From Polyangia bacterium (GTDB taxonomy: Bacteria > Myxococcota_A > Polyangia > HGW-17), in NCBI GenBank assembly GCA_041686345.1, contig JAWLEA010000005.1, forward strand, positions 1-63,113: DNA of 63,113 nucleotides. Reading direction: 5' to 3'. The notes beneath the pieces are model-generated. The model was not told the origin of the DNA. It did not search any database and worked only from the letters and a program-made list of their open reading frames with translations. Position 1 is the first letter of the stretch, and the number at the start of each line of letters is the position of its first letter. The position numbers and the translations under genes were made by a program. Below, in pieces: positions 51,339 to 60,863 of this stretch.

Positions 51339-52571
51339 ATGAGAGTTCTTGGAATAAACGGCTTAGGCAGAATCGGCAAACTAACCCTCTGGCGCCATAT
51401 TTCCTTAGGCTATTACGATAAAATAGTAATCAACACCGGCAGAAAAGTTGGAAAAAATATTCAAGATATAGCCAACTACCTGGAATCAGATTCAACCTAT
51501 GGTCAGTTCAGCCGCTATCTTTACGGCTTTAAAGGAGATAAAAAACGACCTGTGGTCAAAATCGATCCAGAACAGGAAAATTCTCTCAATATTGAAGGAA
51601 CCAAGGTTGTACTGCTTACCCGCCACCGCAACCCCAAAGATATCCAGTGGCATCAGCATAATGTAAAAATCGTAGTTGATACAACAGGTGTTTTTCGTGA
51701 TCCCACCAAAGATCCTGGAGCTCCCGGAGGGTCCATCCGCGGTCATCTCGAAGGAGGAGCCCGCAAAGTAATCAATTCTTCTGCTTTCAAAATGAAAACA
51801 AATAAAACAACTCCGGAGGATTCTGTAACTTTGATTCACGGAATCAACCACCATGCTTTTGATTCCCATGAACACAATATAGTCAGTGCCGCCAGTTGCA
51901 CTACCACTGCTCTGGCCCACATGATCAAACCTCTGCTTGAAGCCAGAGAAACCAGCAAATTGCTCACAGCTTCCATGTCCACCATCCATTCAACTACAAA
52001 TACCCAGAGTGTTCTCGATAAGGTACCAGCTGCCGAGGCTTCCGATTTTCGCAAAAATCGGATGGTTCTCGACAATATCATTCTCACTTCAACCAACGCT
52101 GCCAAAGCTCTGGGCATTGTAGTTCCCCAGATCCAGAAAATTGGCTTCATGGCTGATTCGGTAAGAATTCCCACATCTACTGTTTCACTTGTAACTCTCA
52201 ATATAACCGTTCAAACTAAAATCCACGAAGATGGAGAAAGTTCGGTTACCAGAGAAATCGTCAACAATATCATGAAAAAAGCTGCTGAAGGTCCCCAGAA
52301 AGATCTCCTCGTTTACAGTGAAGTTCAAAAAGTATCAACTGATTACAAAGGTGTTGATGCGGCTGTCATTATTGAAGCCAATGATACTCATACCCGCACA
52401 GCCTTTCTGGAACTGGATCCAACGGAAGTGGGCCTGGAAATTGATTCTGGAAAAAAACTCAAAATACCCGTTACCCACGTTAAAATATTTGGCTGGTATG
52501 ATAATGAATTTGGTTCCTACACTCACCGCTTGGCCGATCTCACCACCTTTATCGAAGATCAACTTCACTGA
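51339..52571 (+). CDS. gap: Type I glyceraldehyde-3-phosphate dehydrogenase with insertions
   Basis: GINGLGRIG, DSTYG, ASCTT, STIH, RIPT, WYDNEFG; AGGAGG RBS. Confidence 0.9.
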   Translation: MRVLGINGLGRIGKLTLWRHISLGYYDKIVINTGRKVGKNIQDIANYLESDSTYGQFSRYLYGFKGDKKRPVVKIDPEQENSLNIEGTKVVLLTRHRNPKDIQWHQHNVKIVVDTTGVFRDPTKDPGAPGGSIRGHLEGGARKVINSSAFKMKTNKTTPEDSVTLIHGINHHAFDSHEHNIVSAASCTTTALAHMIKPLLEARETSKLLTASMSTIHSTTNTQSVLDKVPAAEASDFRKNRMVLDNIILTSTNAAKALGIVVPQIQKIGFMADSVRIPTSTVSLVTLNITVQTKIHEDGESSVTREIVNNIMKKAAEGPQKDLLVYSEVQKVSTDYKGVDAAVIIEANDTHTRTAFLELDPTEVGLEIDSGKKLKIPVTHVKIFGWYDNEFGSYTHRLADLTTFIEDQLH

Positions 52572-52651
52572 CACCTGCCTAATCCTGTCTTATTGCAAAG
52601 AGTTTAATTTCAGCTATTCAAAGAAGCATTAATCTATTATATTGATGAAGT

Positions 52652-53908
52652 ATGCTTTATTGTCCTGTCTGCCACAGATTATTTGAAGAAGATGGTCAAA
52701 TCTGCCCTTTTGATGAAACCGAACTGATTGTTCCTCCCGATCCCCGGCTGGGAACCAAAGTGGGGAATTATTTTCTCAACAAAATCATAGGAAAAGGTGG
52801 CATGGGCAAAGTATACAAAGGTGAACATGTTTTTATCGGAAAAGCTTTTGCCATAAAAATTCTCCACCCTCAATTCAAAGGTCACAAAAAAATTATCGAA
52901 CGTTTTCTGTTTGAAGCCAGAGCTGCTGCCAGGATAAACCATCCCAACATAGTAGATATCACAGACTTCGGTTATACAACCGATCAAACCCCGTTTTTTG
53001 TCATGGAATACATGGAAGGACGGGAATTAATTGAGCTGCTCATGGATGAGGCACCTTTGCCAGTCTACAGAGCTGTCAATATCATGTTGCAAACTTGTGA
53101 TGCTCTGGCATCCTGCCATGATGAAGGAATTGTCCATCAAGATCTAAAACCTGAAAATATTTTTCTGGTCAAAAGAAAAGGTCGCCGAAAACTGGTCAAA
53201 CTCCTGGATAACAAACCAGACAAATTCAAACTGGAAAAAGAAGAAAATTTTGATCTGGTTAAAATCCTCGATTTTGGTGTAGCTCATTTGGCTCAACTCC
53301 AAACAGGAGATACCATAGCCGGAACTCCTGAATACATGGCTCCCGAACAGGCCAGAGGGGTCAAAGGAGATCCACGCAGTGATATCTACTCCCTGGGAAT
53401 TATCTTTTTTGAAATGCTCACTGGAACAATCCCCTACTCCGGAGACAGTCCCAGCGAAATTTTCAAACAAACTCTCAACTCCCCTCCCCCCGAAATAAAC
53501 AAACTTTTTCCAAAACTTAAATTCAATAAACAAGTAGTGCACGTAATCAAAAAATCGCTGGCCAAAAAGCCGGAAGATCGCTTTCAAAATATAGATGAAT
53601 TAATGGAAAATCTTCGCAATTGTTTTGGCAGAACTTTCTATTCCAGGGATATTCCCAAAGTATTGGCACAAAACAAAAAGAAAAGGTCCCAGATAGATGC
53701 CGATCTGGCTCTTGATCTCAGTCAATTATTCAATTCCAAAAAGAACAACAAAAGAATTTCTTCAATAAAAACAAAAAAAGCCAGTTCCGATTCACCTAAA
53801 ACTGAACGAAACACAATGAGTACAAAATCACTGCGCAAAGAGAAAAAGAAAATCGGAGGTCAATTGGGCAAAGATCTGAATTCTCTCTTTAAAAAAAATA
53901 AAGATTGA
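52652..53908 (+). CDS. Ser/Thr protein kinase with N-terminal zinc ribbon
   Basis: CPVC..CPFD, GKGGMG, AIK, HQDLKPEN, DFG, GTPEYMAPE. Confidence 0.92.
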   Translation: MLYCPVCHRLFEEDGQICPFDETELIVPPDPRLGTKVGNYFLNKIIGKGGMGKVYKGEHVFIGKAFAIKILHPQFKGHKKIIERFLFEARAAARINHPNIVDITDFGYTTDQTPFFVMEYMEGRELIELLMDEAPLPVYRAVNIMLQTCDALASCHDEGIVHQDLKPENIFLVKRKGRRKLVKLLDNKPDKFKLEKEENFDLVKILDFGVAHLAQLQTGDTIAGTPEYMAPEQARGVKGDPRSDIYSLGIIFFEMLTGTIPYSGDSPSEIFKQTLNSPPPEINKLFPKLKFNKQVVHVIKKSLAKKPEDRFQNIDELMENLRNCFGRTFYSRDIPKVLAQNKKKRSQIDADLALDLSQLFNSKKNNKRISSIKTKKASSDSPKTERNTMSTKSLRKEKKKIGGQLGKDLNSLFKKNKD

Positions 53909-54174
53909 TAATTCACAATCACCAAGATCAGTTCAAACAAAAATTTATCGGTTTTATTAATGTTATCCAAATTGTACCGACAAAAAGTCACAAAATACAG
54001 GACACAACTTGCAACTGAGTTTTTACTCTGCTATTTCTGAATAAATTCAGTCTTCAATTATATTCAATCTTCAACTGAATATATTGCTTTAATTTTTTGT
54101 TTCTGCCTCGGCACAAATACTGTTTACACCTGCAAATTTCTTCAACTATAATTGCAGGTAGAAGGAAATTATAA

Positions 54175-54414
54175 ATGGAAAATATTGAAAACCTCAAAGG
54201 AAAAGTTGAAAAAGCATTGGAAAAAGTCAGACCTGCTCTGCAAAGAGACGGAGGAGATGTTTCCTTGATTGAAATTACCGAAGAGGGAGAAGTCAAGGTA
54301 AGACTCATGGGACACTGCCATGGTTGTCCTTTTTCACAAATGACTGTAAAAAACCTGGTGGAAAGGGTCATTAAACAAGAAGTACCTGAAATTACCAGTG
54401 TAACAAGTGCTTAA
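54175..54414 (+). CDS. NifU-C (Nfu) domain Fe-S cluster protein
   Basis: VRPALQRDGGDV...GHCHGCP. Confidence 0.92.
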   Translation: MENIENLKGKVEKALEKVRPALQRDGGDVSLIEITEEGEVKVRLMGHCHGCPFSQMTVKNLVERVIKQEVPEITSVTSA

Positions 54415-54599
54415 AACTACTATGACAGGGGAACAAATAAAATAAATCTTTGCAAAATTTCTTTTTTTGATAGAGTTCTGATAAAGAAAAATTTTGCTGG
54501 TTGCAATTAGATGGGAACCGGTGGGTTGCTATCTAATTGCAAATAATTGCCTGTATCCGCATACTATTATTCCGGTCCCCTGAAATCTGGAGAATATTC

Positions 54600-55019
54600 A
54601 TGTACAAACTAATTTTAGTATTTGTTTTGCAACTGACAATTTTTACAATCGGCTGCAAGAAACCACCTTGTGAAGTTGCTTTGAAGAAAGCTGAAACTTG
54701 TCTCAAAAAAGAAAACAAAAAACCAAATACAAATCACGCTCCAATTTTTTTGCAATTATGCAAAAAAAACAAGAGCAAGTTTGATAAATGCAATAAAATC
54801 AAGGAATGTACAGCATTCAGGAGTTGCATTTCCGAAGCAGCCACCAACCCTGCAGCTGTCAAAGAATATAATAAATTGTATAATCTGAATTCCGAAGAAG
54901 ATAACTCGGACAAGAAAACAGAAAAAAATTCCGAAGAAGATAACTCGGACAAGAAAACAGAAAAAAATTCCGAAGAAGATAACTCGGGCAAGAAAACAGA
55001 AAAAAACAACTCCGAATAA
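54600..55019 (+). CDS. Hypothetical Cys-containing lipoprotein with repeat tail
   Basis: GGAG RBS, IGC lipobox, 6 further Cys, (NSEEDNSDKKTEK)x3. Confidence 0.7.
   Translation: MYKLILVFVLQLTIFTIGCKKPPCEVALKKAETCLKKENKKPNTNHAPIFLQLCKKNKSKFDKCNKIKECTAFRSCISEAATNPAAVKEYNKLYNLNSEEDNSDKKTEKNSEEDNSDKKTEKNSEEDNSGKKTEKNNSE
54888..55004 (+). repeat. 39-bp coding tandem repeat, 3 copies
   Basis: AATTCCGAAGAAGATAACTCGG(A/G)CAAGAAAACAGAAAAA three times with a single mismatch. Confidence 0.95.
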
Positions 55020-55429
55020 TTCAAAACACATCAACAACCAATATCTTTCAACATCACCAAATATTTAATTCCAGTCATTTCTTTTCTAAATTAAATCTCA
55101 CAATATTTCCCCAAACCAAGTTCAAATTATTTTCTTTTTATGAATTTGTTTTTCAAGTTCATAAAATTAGTCCTTTTTTTTCTGTCTAACTCCCTGTATA
55201 TTTGAAAATGTGCAAATAACTAGTTCCTTCAAATTATTACTTTATAATCGTATTTTAACCCAGGTTTTTATTATTATTGTCTCAGGATGAAGTTCAAGAT
55301 GAAAAACATACTTTTCTATCCTGGTTACCACTGTCTGCAAAGTTCTGAAAAAACGGCCAATTTCCAATTTTATCTCTCAGGCAGCAACCGGCTGTTTCCA
55401 CCTGGGAACATAAAAAAAGAGACTTAATT

Positions 55430-56794
55430 ATGAGTGCACCTCAAAGAGAAGAATGGAATTCAGTTCTCGGTTTTATCCTGGCTGCCGCGGGTTCTGCGGT
55501 GGGTCTGGGTAACATATGGAGATTCCCCTATATCGTAGGGAAAAACGGGGGAGGAAATTTTGTTGTTCTTTATCTGCTGATAGTTTTTATTTTGGGACTG
55601 CCGGTAATGTACCTTGAATTGGCAGCCGGAAGAAAAACAAAAAGAGGACCTGTTGGTGCCATCAAAGCACTTGCTCCCGGTTCATTCTGGAAATTCCTCG
55701 GCTATCTGGCAGTAATAACCGGCATCGCCATTCTATCCTATTATGGAGTTGTTGCCGGCTGGACCATCTACTATCTTTTTCACTCTGTTCTTTTTGGTTT
55801 TGAAAGTGGCAGTACCGCTGCTTTTTTTAACAAATTTACCAATAATGGCATATTACAGATCTCTCTTCTTTTCATTTTTATCGGAATTACCACTTCGGTT
55901 GTGTTTTTTGGGATCAAAGGCGGGATAGAAAAAGTAAGCAAAGTTCTGATGCCTTTGCTCCTCCTTCTGATGCTGGGTTTGATTATTTATTGCTGTAATC
56001 TGCCCACTGCTGACAAGGGGCTGGAATATTACTTCATGCCCCGCTTCAGCGAAATGAATACCAATACCTTTATTTTTGCCCTTGGGCAGGCATTTTTCTC
56101 ACTTTCTCTGGGTATGGGAGCAATGATGACCTATGGCAGTTATCTCAAAAAAAGTGAAAAATTATTGAATGCAGGTTTTGTTGTTATTATTTTTGATACT
56201 GCTATCGCCATTATGGCTGGTTTGATTATTTTCCCCGTAGTTGGCGGTGCTCCCGAAAAAGCCAGTGCGGGTCTGGTTTTCGTTGTCATCACCGATCTGT
56301 TCACCAAAATTCCGGGTGGACAATTTTTGGCGATTTTCTTTTTTCTTCTCTTATCCATAGCTGCCCTTACTTCAACAATTTCTCTGCTGGAGGTTGCAAC
56401 TTCCTATCTTATTGATGAACACAGCATTTTCCGCAAAAAAGCAACTGTTACCATTGGTTTCATTACCTTTCTCATCGGCATTCCTTCTGCCTTGTCCCTG
56501 GGAGCAACTTCCTTCTTTACCAGATTTTTAAAAATCGGTGACAAGCATCTATCTTTTCTTGACTCCTTTGACTTTGCCTTTGGAAATATCTCCTTGGCTC
56601 TGGGAGCTCTATTGTTAGTTCTTTTTGTTATTTTCAAATGGAAATTTCATAACGCACAAAAAGAAATCTTTAAAAATCAAGAAGATAAGTTATGGTTGAG
56701 TTATATTTTAAAACCTCTGGTTCTGTTTGCAGTTCCGGCTGCAATCTGCATTGTTCTGGGATTTATTATTTTCACCGGTAAAACTTTGTCATAA
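55430..56794 (+). CDS. Sodium-dependent transporter, NSS/SNF family
   Basis: GSAVGLGNIWRFPY, GQAFFSLSLG, YGSY, AALTSTISLLE. Confidence 0.95.
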   Translation: MSAPQREEWNSVLGFILAAAGSAVGLGNIWRFPYIVGKNGGGNFVVLYLLIVFILGLPVMYLELAAGRKTKRGPVGAIKALAPGSFWKFLGYLAVITGIAILSYYGVVAGWTIYYLFHSVLFGFESGSTAAFFNKFTNNGILQISLLFIFIGITTSVVFFGIKGGIEKVSKVLMPLLLLLMLGLIIYCCNLPTADKGLEYYFMPRFSEMNTNTFIFALGQAFFSLSLGMGAMMTYGSYLKKSEKLLNAGFVVIIFDTAIAIMAGLIIFPVVGGAPEKASAGLVFVVITDLFTKIPGGQFLAIFFFLLLSIAALTSTISLLEVATSYLIDEHSIFRKKATVTIGFITFLIGIPSALSLGATSFFTRFLKIGDKHLSFLDSFDFAFGNISLALGALLLVLFVIFKWKFHNAQKEIFKNQEDKLWLSYILKPLVLFAVPAAICIVLGFIIFTGKTLS

Positions 56795-56924
56795 TCATAA
56801 AATAGTTTTACTATACAGACCAAAATACTTTCAGTTTTTAACCATCAACTGAAACAGCAACCACCTTGACCTGAATTTCCCCGAAAATTCGGCTAGTTCA
56901 GCGTCCACTTGAAAGTTTTTCAGC

Positions 56925-59423
56925 ATGAAAGCCAAATGTCCCCATTGTGGAAAAGAAATAGATGCAAAATCTTCTTTTTGTGGAAAATGTGGCAAAAAAT
57001 TAAAACAAACAATTATCGGAACTCCTACACCTATTTCCGATCCGAATTTATTCAAAAAAAATTCATCTGCGAAATTTTCCCGAATAAAAAGTAAGAAACT
57101 GGAAGATCTTTCAGCTAGTGATACTCTGTTCAATTCTCCCGACATTCTTCTGGGAAAAATGGTGGGAGAATACAAAGTCACTAATATTATCGGCAAGGGC
57201 GGAATGGGATGGGTATTTTCCGGTATTCATCCTGTCATCGAAAAAAAAGTTGCCATTAAAGTTCTAAAATCAAAATATTCCAAAGACGAAAAAATTGTCT
57301 CATCCTTCATGAATGAGGCTAAAGCAGTTAACTCCATCGGCAGCAAAAAAATCATCGATATCTTTGCCTTCGGCCAGCTTGAATCCGGTAATTTCTATTT
57401 CATCATGGAATTACTTGAAGGTTCATCCCTCGCTGAATTTCTCAAGAAAAAAGGAAAACTGAAAGCTTATGACGCTTATAAAATAATTACCCCCATTCTT
57501 GATGCTTTACAAGCTGCCCACGATAAAAAAATTATTCACCGGGATCTTAAACCTGAAAACATCTATATTTGTAAAGACGAAGACAAGGAATATACTGTCA
57601 AGCTTCTTGATTTCGGTATTGCCAAATTTAAAGAAGACAGTTTTTCATCCATGCATGAAACTCAGGCAGGCGTTATCAAAGGCTCGCCCTTATATATGTC
57701 TCCGGAACAATGCAAGGGTGAAGAAATTACAGTTCAATCTGATATTTATTCTTTTGGAATTATCCTCTATAAAATTTTTACTGGAAAAGTTCCTTTCAGA
57801 GGCAAAAATGCTTTAAGCGTAATTACAGCCCATCTCAAGGACGAACCGGAACCACCAAGCAAACATGCTGATATTCCAAAAGAACTGGATAACATTATTC
57901 TCAACTGTCTCAAAAAAGATCCCCAGGAAAGAATAGCCTCCATCCTTGATCTTAAAGACATGTTGATTCCCGTGTTGCAAAATATGGCACTGGCTCCAGT
58001 CAAAAAAAAGAACAGATCGGGCATTCTGGTTTTTTTACTTGCTTGCCTTGTAGTAGCCGGCTCCATTTTTTTTGTTTTAAAACCCTGGAAATATTGGAAT
58101 AAAAATAAAAATAAAAATAGTGCAGTTTTTGAAACAGTTGAATTATCAATTATTTCAGCCCATCCTACTTTGCTCAACCAAGAGTTTGAAGCCGGTTTCA
58201 ACAAATGGATGCTTAAAAATTACAAAAAACAGGTCAAAATAAAATGGTTTTCCTTCAGAGACGAGCTGGCTTCACTCCAGACCAATATTAAATCCTCAAT
58301 TAAGAACAACAAATTAACCAAGTATGATGTTATCTTTGGAGGAGGCGAACAAATTCATCACCGTCTTGCTTCACCCAAGTGCCTTACTATCGACGGCAAA
58401 AATTATCGATGCAGCGAAATAATCAATCTGGAACAGGAAATTAAAGATAAAATTCCTTCCTCCCTTCATGGAGTCAAACTCTATGATGAAAAAGGATACT
58501 GGTATGGTACTGCTCTTTCCGGATTTGGTTTTTTCTGCCACAAGGGCCGTCTCAAACAAGCGGGTCTTGAACTGCCTGAAACTTGGAAAGAACTGGCAAA
58601 ACCTCAATTCTTTCAAAAGTTGATCAGTGCAGATCCATCGAAAAGCAGTTCCACCTATATGATCTATGAAATCATCATGCAATCAATGGGTTGGGAACGG
58701 GGCCTCAAAACGATAATATCTCTGGGGGCCAACATCCATGGAGATTTTTTGAAAAGCTCCAAAATAGTTCTTCACAAACTTCTCGACAATAAAAAAGCGG
58801 TTTGCGGACTTTCCATCGATTTTCTTTTCCATATGCAAAATTCTCAACTCGACGATAATATTGCCAAGCAAATGAAGTTTATCCTTCCTGAAAAAACAGC
58901 TGTTTTCACTTCAGATCCAATTTCAATTGTTAAAAATGCCCGCCATCTTTTTTTGGCTGAAAAATTTATAAAATATGTCCTCACCGAGGGTCAATTTCTT
59001 TTTATCAAACCGGTGGGTCATCCAAAAGGACCTGAACAGGAAATTCTCCCCAGATTGCCAATTGTACCAGATCTCTACAAAGAATCAGAACCCGTTAATT
59101 TTTACGTAAATCCCTTTACTCAAAAATCAAAACTGCAATTTGATTCCAAACAATCACTGAAAAGAAAAAAACTGTTCAGATTGCTTTTGAAAGCCGCTCT
59201 GATAGAAAGTCACAAACCCCAAGTGAATAGTTGGGACTACATGATCAAAAACAAAAAATTAAAAATTTGGCAAAAAGATAAAAACATTGTTATCTCCAAA
59301 AAGACATTCAACAAAAAATTAAAAGGTGCTGAAAACATGAATCGGCTTGCCTGGAACGAACTTCAATTCAAGTGGATTGAGATGTTCCATAAATATTACA
59401 AAAATCTTAGAGGAACAAAATAA
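56925..59423 (+). CDS. Zinc ribbon - Ser/Thr kinase - TM - periplasmic solute-binding domain fusion
   Basis: CPHC..CGKC; HRDLKPEN, DFG, YMSPEQ; single TM; DVIFGGG, PETWKEL, ADPSKSSS, AEKFIKYVL. Confidence 0.88.
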   Translation: MKAKCPHCGKEIDAKSSFCGKCGKKLKQTIIGTPTPISDPNLFKKNSSAKFSRIKSKKLEDLSASDTLFNSPDILLGKMVGEYKVTNIIGKGGMGWVFSGIHPVIEKKVAIKVLKSKYSKDEKIVSSFMNEAKAVNSIGSKKIIDIFAFGQLESGNFYFIMELLEGSSLAEFLKKKGKLKAYDAYKIITPILDALQAAHDKKIIHRDLKPENIYICKDEDKEYTVKLLDFGIAKFKEDSFSSMHETQAGVIKGSPLYMSPEQCKGEEITVQSDIYSFGIILYKIFTGKVPFRGKNALSVITAHLKDEPEPPSKHADIPKELDNIILNCLKKDPQERIASILDLKDMLIPVLQNMALAPVKKKNRSGILVFLLACLVVAGSIFFVLKPWKYWNKNKNKNSAVFETVELSIISAHPTLLNQEFEAGFNKWMLKNYKKQVKIKWFSFRDELASLQTNIKSSIKNNKLTKYDVIFGGGEQIHHRLASPKCLTIDGKNYRCSEIINLEQEIKDKIPSSLHGVKLYDEKGYWYGTALSGFGFFCHKGRLKQAGLELPETWKELAKPQFFQKLISADPSKSSSTYMIYEIIMQSMGWERGLKTIISLGANIHGDFLKSSKIVLHKLLDNKKAVCGLSIDFLFHMQNSQLDDNIAKQMKFILPEKTAVFTSDPISIVKNARHLFLAEKFIKYVLTEGQFLFIKPVGHPKGPEQEILPRLPIVPDLYKESEPVNFYVNPFTQKSKLQFDSKQSLKRKKLFRLLLKAALIESHKPQVNSWDYMIKNKKLKIWQKDKNIVISKKTFNKKLKGAENMNRLAWNELQFKWIEMFHKYYKNLRGTK

Positions 59424-60688
59424 TGTCAAAAAAGTACAAACTGGCACTGGATTCAGGTTCACCGGAAAATCCAACTATTTTTGGCAAATATTTACTCATG
59501 GGCCTGATCGCCAGAGGAGGAATGGCAGAAGTATATAGAGCTAAAAGGATAAAAGATGGAAAAATAGTTGCTTTGAAATGCATGCGCACCAAGTTGGTCA
59601 AGGAACCAAAATACATAGATATGTTTTTGTATGAAGGGAGAACAGCAAACCGCCTCAAGCACGAACACATCGTCAAAACCTACGAGGGAGGACGCTATAA
59701 CAATAATTATTTTTTCACTATGGAATATATCCAGGGCAAAGATTTAAACCATATCCTCCGTAAACTTAAAATACAGGGCCAGAGATTACCTACTCCAGCA
59801 GCCTTGTTCATCACTGTAAAAGCTTTGAGAGCCCTTGACTATGCTCATTCCCTCACTGATAAAAATGGAAAAAAGCTTAATATTATCAATAGAGATATCA
59901 GTCCTTCCAATATCCGCATTTCCTATGAAGGTGAGGTCAAAATTATTGACTTTGGAATTGCCAAAACCAGTGACCGGTATACTGCAGAAATTGGAACTCT
60001 GAAGGGTAAATTAAGCTATATGTCTCCGGAACAGATCAGGGGACTTCCCATCGATACCCAAACTGATATTTATTCAATGGGAATAATACTCTATGAGATG
60101 CTTACCATGGAAAAATTATTCAAGGCTGAAAGTGAAACAGAATTGATGAACCTCGTCAGAACAGCAGATATTAATCCTCCTTCGAGCATCAACAATCGCA
60201 TTTCCAAAAAACTGGACCAAATAATACTGAAAGCGCTCAAAAAATCAAAAAGTGAACGTTATCAAACAGCTGGCAAACTGGCAGACGCCCTGGAAGAAAT
60301 TCTTCTTCCTTACAAATTCAAGCAGAAAGAACTCGCCAACAAAATTAAAAATATCTTCTACGAAGATTATCAGAGAGAAAAGGAGATTATGCGTCTAGCC
60401 AAAGATATGGATTTCAATCTTGCCGGAATAGATTCAAATGAAGCCAAATCTTTTGATCAGATTTCAGCAGATAATTTCAATAATGAACAAAAACTTGAAC
60501 TGGAATTTGATATGGATTTTGAGGATGAAGATCTTGAACCGGTTCACACCGAAGATTTATTGGAAAATCCTCTGGTAGTTGATAATTCAAATATGAAAAA
60601 CCAGGATCTGAACAAATATATCTATCTGATGCTGGCAATGACCATAATTGCAATTATTGCAATCATCATTATTCTCATCCTTAACTAG
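59423..60688 (+). CDS. Ser/Thr protein kinase with C-terminal membrane anchor
   Basis: ARGGMAEV, NRDISPSN, DFG, KGKLSYMSPEQ; hydrophobic C-terminus; TAATG overlap with the upstream gene. Confidence 0.92.
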   Translation: MSKKYKLALDSGSPENPTIFGKYLLMGLIARGGMAEVYRAKRIKDGKIVALKCMRTKLVKEPKYIDMFLYEGRTANRLKHEHIVKTYEGGRYNNNYFFTMEYIQGKDLNHILRKLKIQGQRLPTPAALFITVKALRALDYAHSLTDKNGKKLNIINRDISPSNIRISYEGEVKIIDFGIAKTSDRYTAEIGTLKGKLSYMSPEQIRGLPIDTQTDIYSMGIILYEMLTMEKLFKAESETELMNLVRTADINPPSSINNRISKKLDQIILKALKKSKSERYQTAGKLADALEEILLPYKFKQKELANKIKNIFYEDYQREKEIMRLAKDMDFNLAGIDSNEAKSFDQISADNFNNEQKLELEFDMDFEDEDLEPVHTEDLLENPLVVDNSNMKNQDLNKYIYLMLAMTIIAIIAIIIILILN

Positions 60689-60849
60689 TTCCCATCCCAG
60701 AAGTGGTGTTTTTGGCTGGTGAAGAAATTGGATTGAGATGCACGGAATAACTTCGCAGACATAGTTGTCACTATTTCAAGAAGTTATGACAAAACTGATA
60801 AAACCAAATTCCGTCGCCAGACGATGACCTTCTTTTTTGAAACAGGAAC
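60688..60849 (+). mobile_element. MITE-like element, copy 8 (full, 162 bp)
   Basis: Flanks TAACTA / TAAATA; first G completes the TAG stop of the kinase gene. Confidence 0.9.
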
Positions 60850-60863
60850 TAAATAAAACTATT

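Noticed and set aside
54888-55004. CRISPR-like periodicity
   Set aside because: Contiguous in-frame coding repeat with no spacers
55217-55233. TAACTA-GTTCC possible solo element end
   Set aside because: Match too short to distinguish from chance
60747-60787. loxP-like arms ATAACTTCG...GAAGTTAT inside the element
   Set aside because: Only the outer 8-9 of 13 bp match, the span is 41 bp rather than 34, the arms vary between copies and there is no recombinase; better explained as a stem of the hairpin
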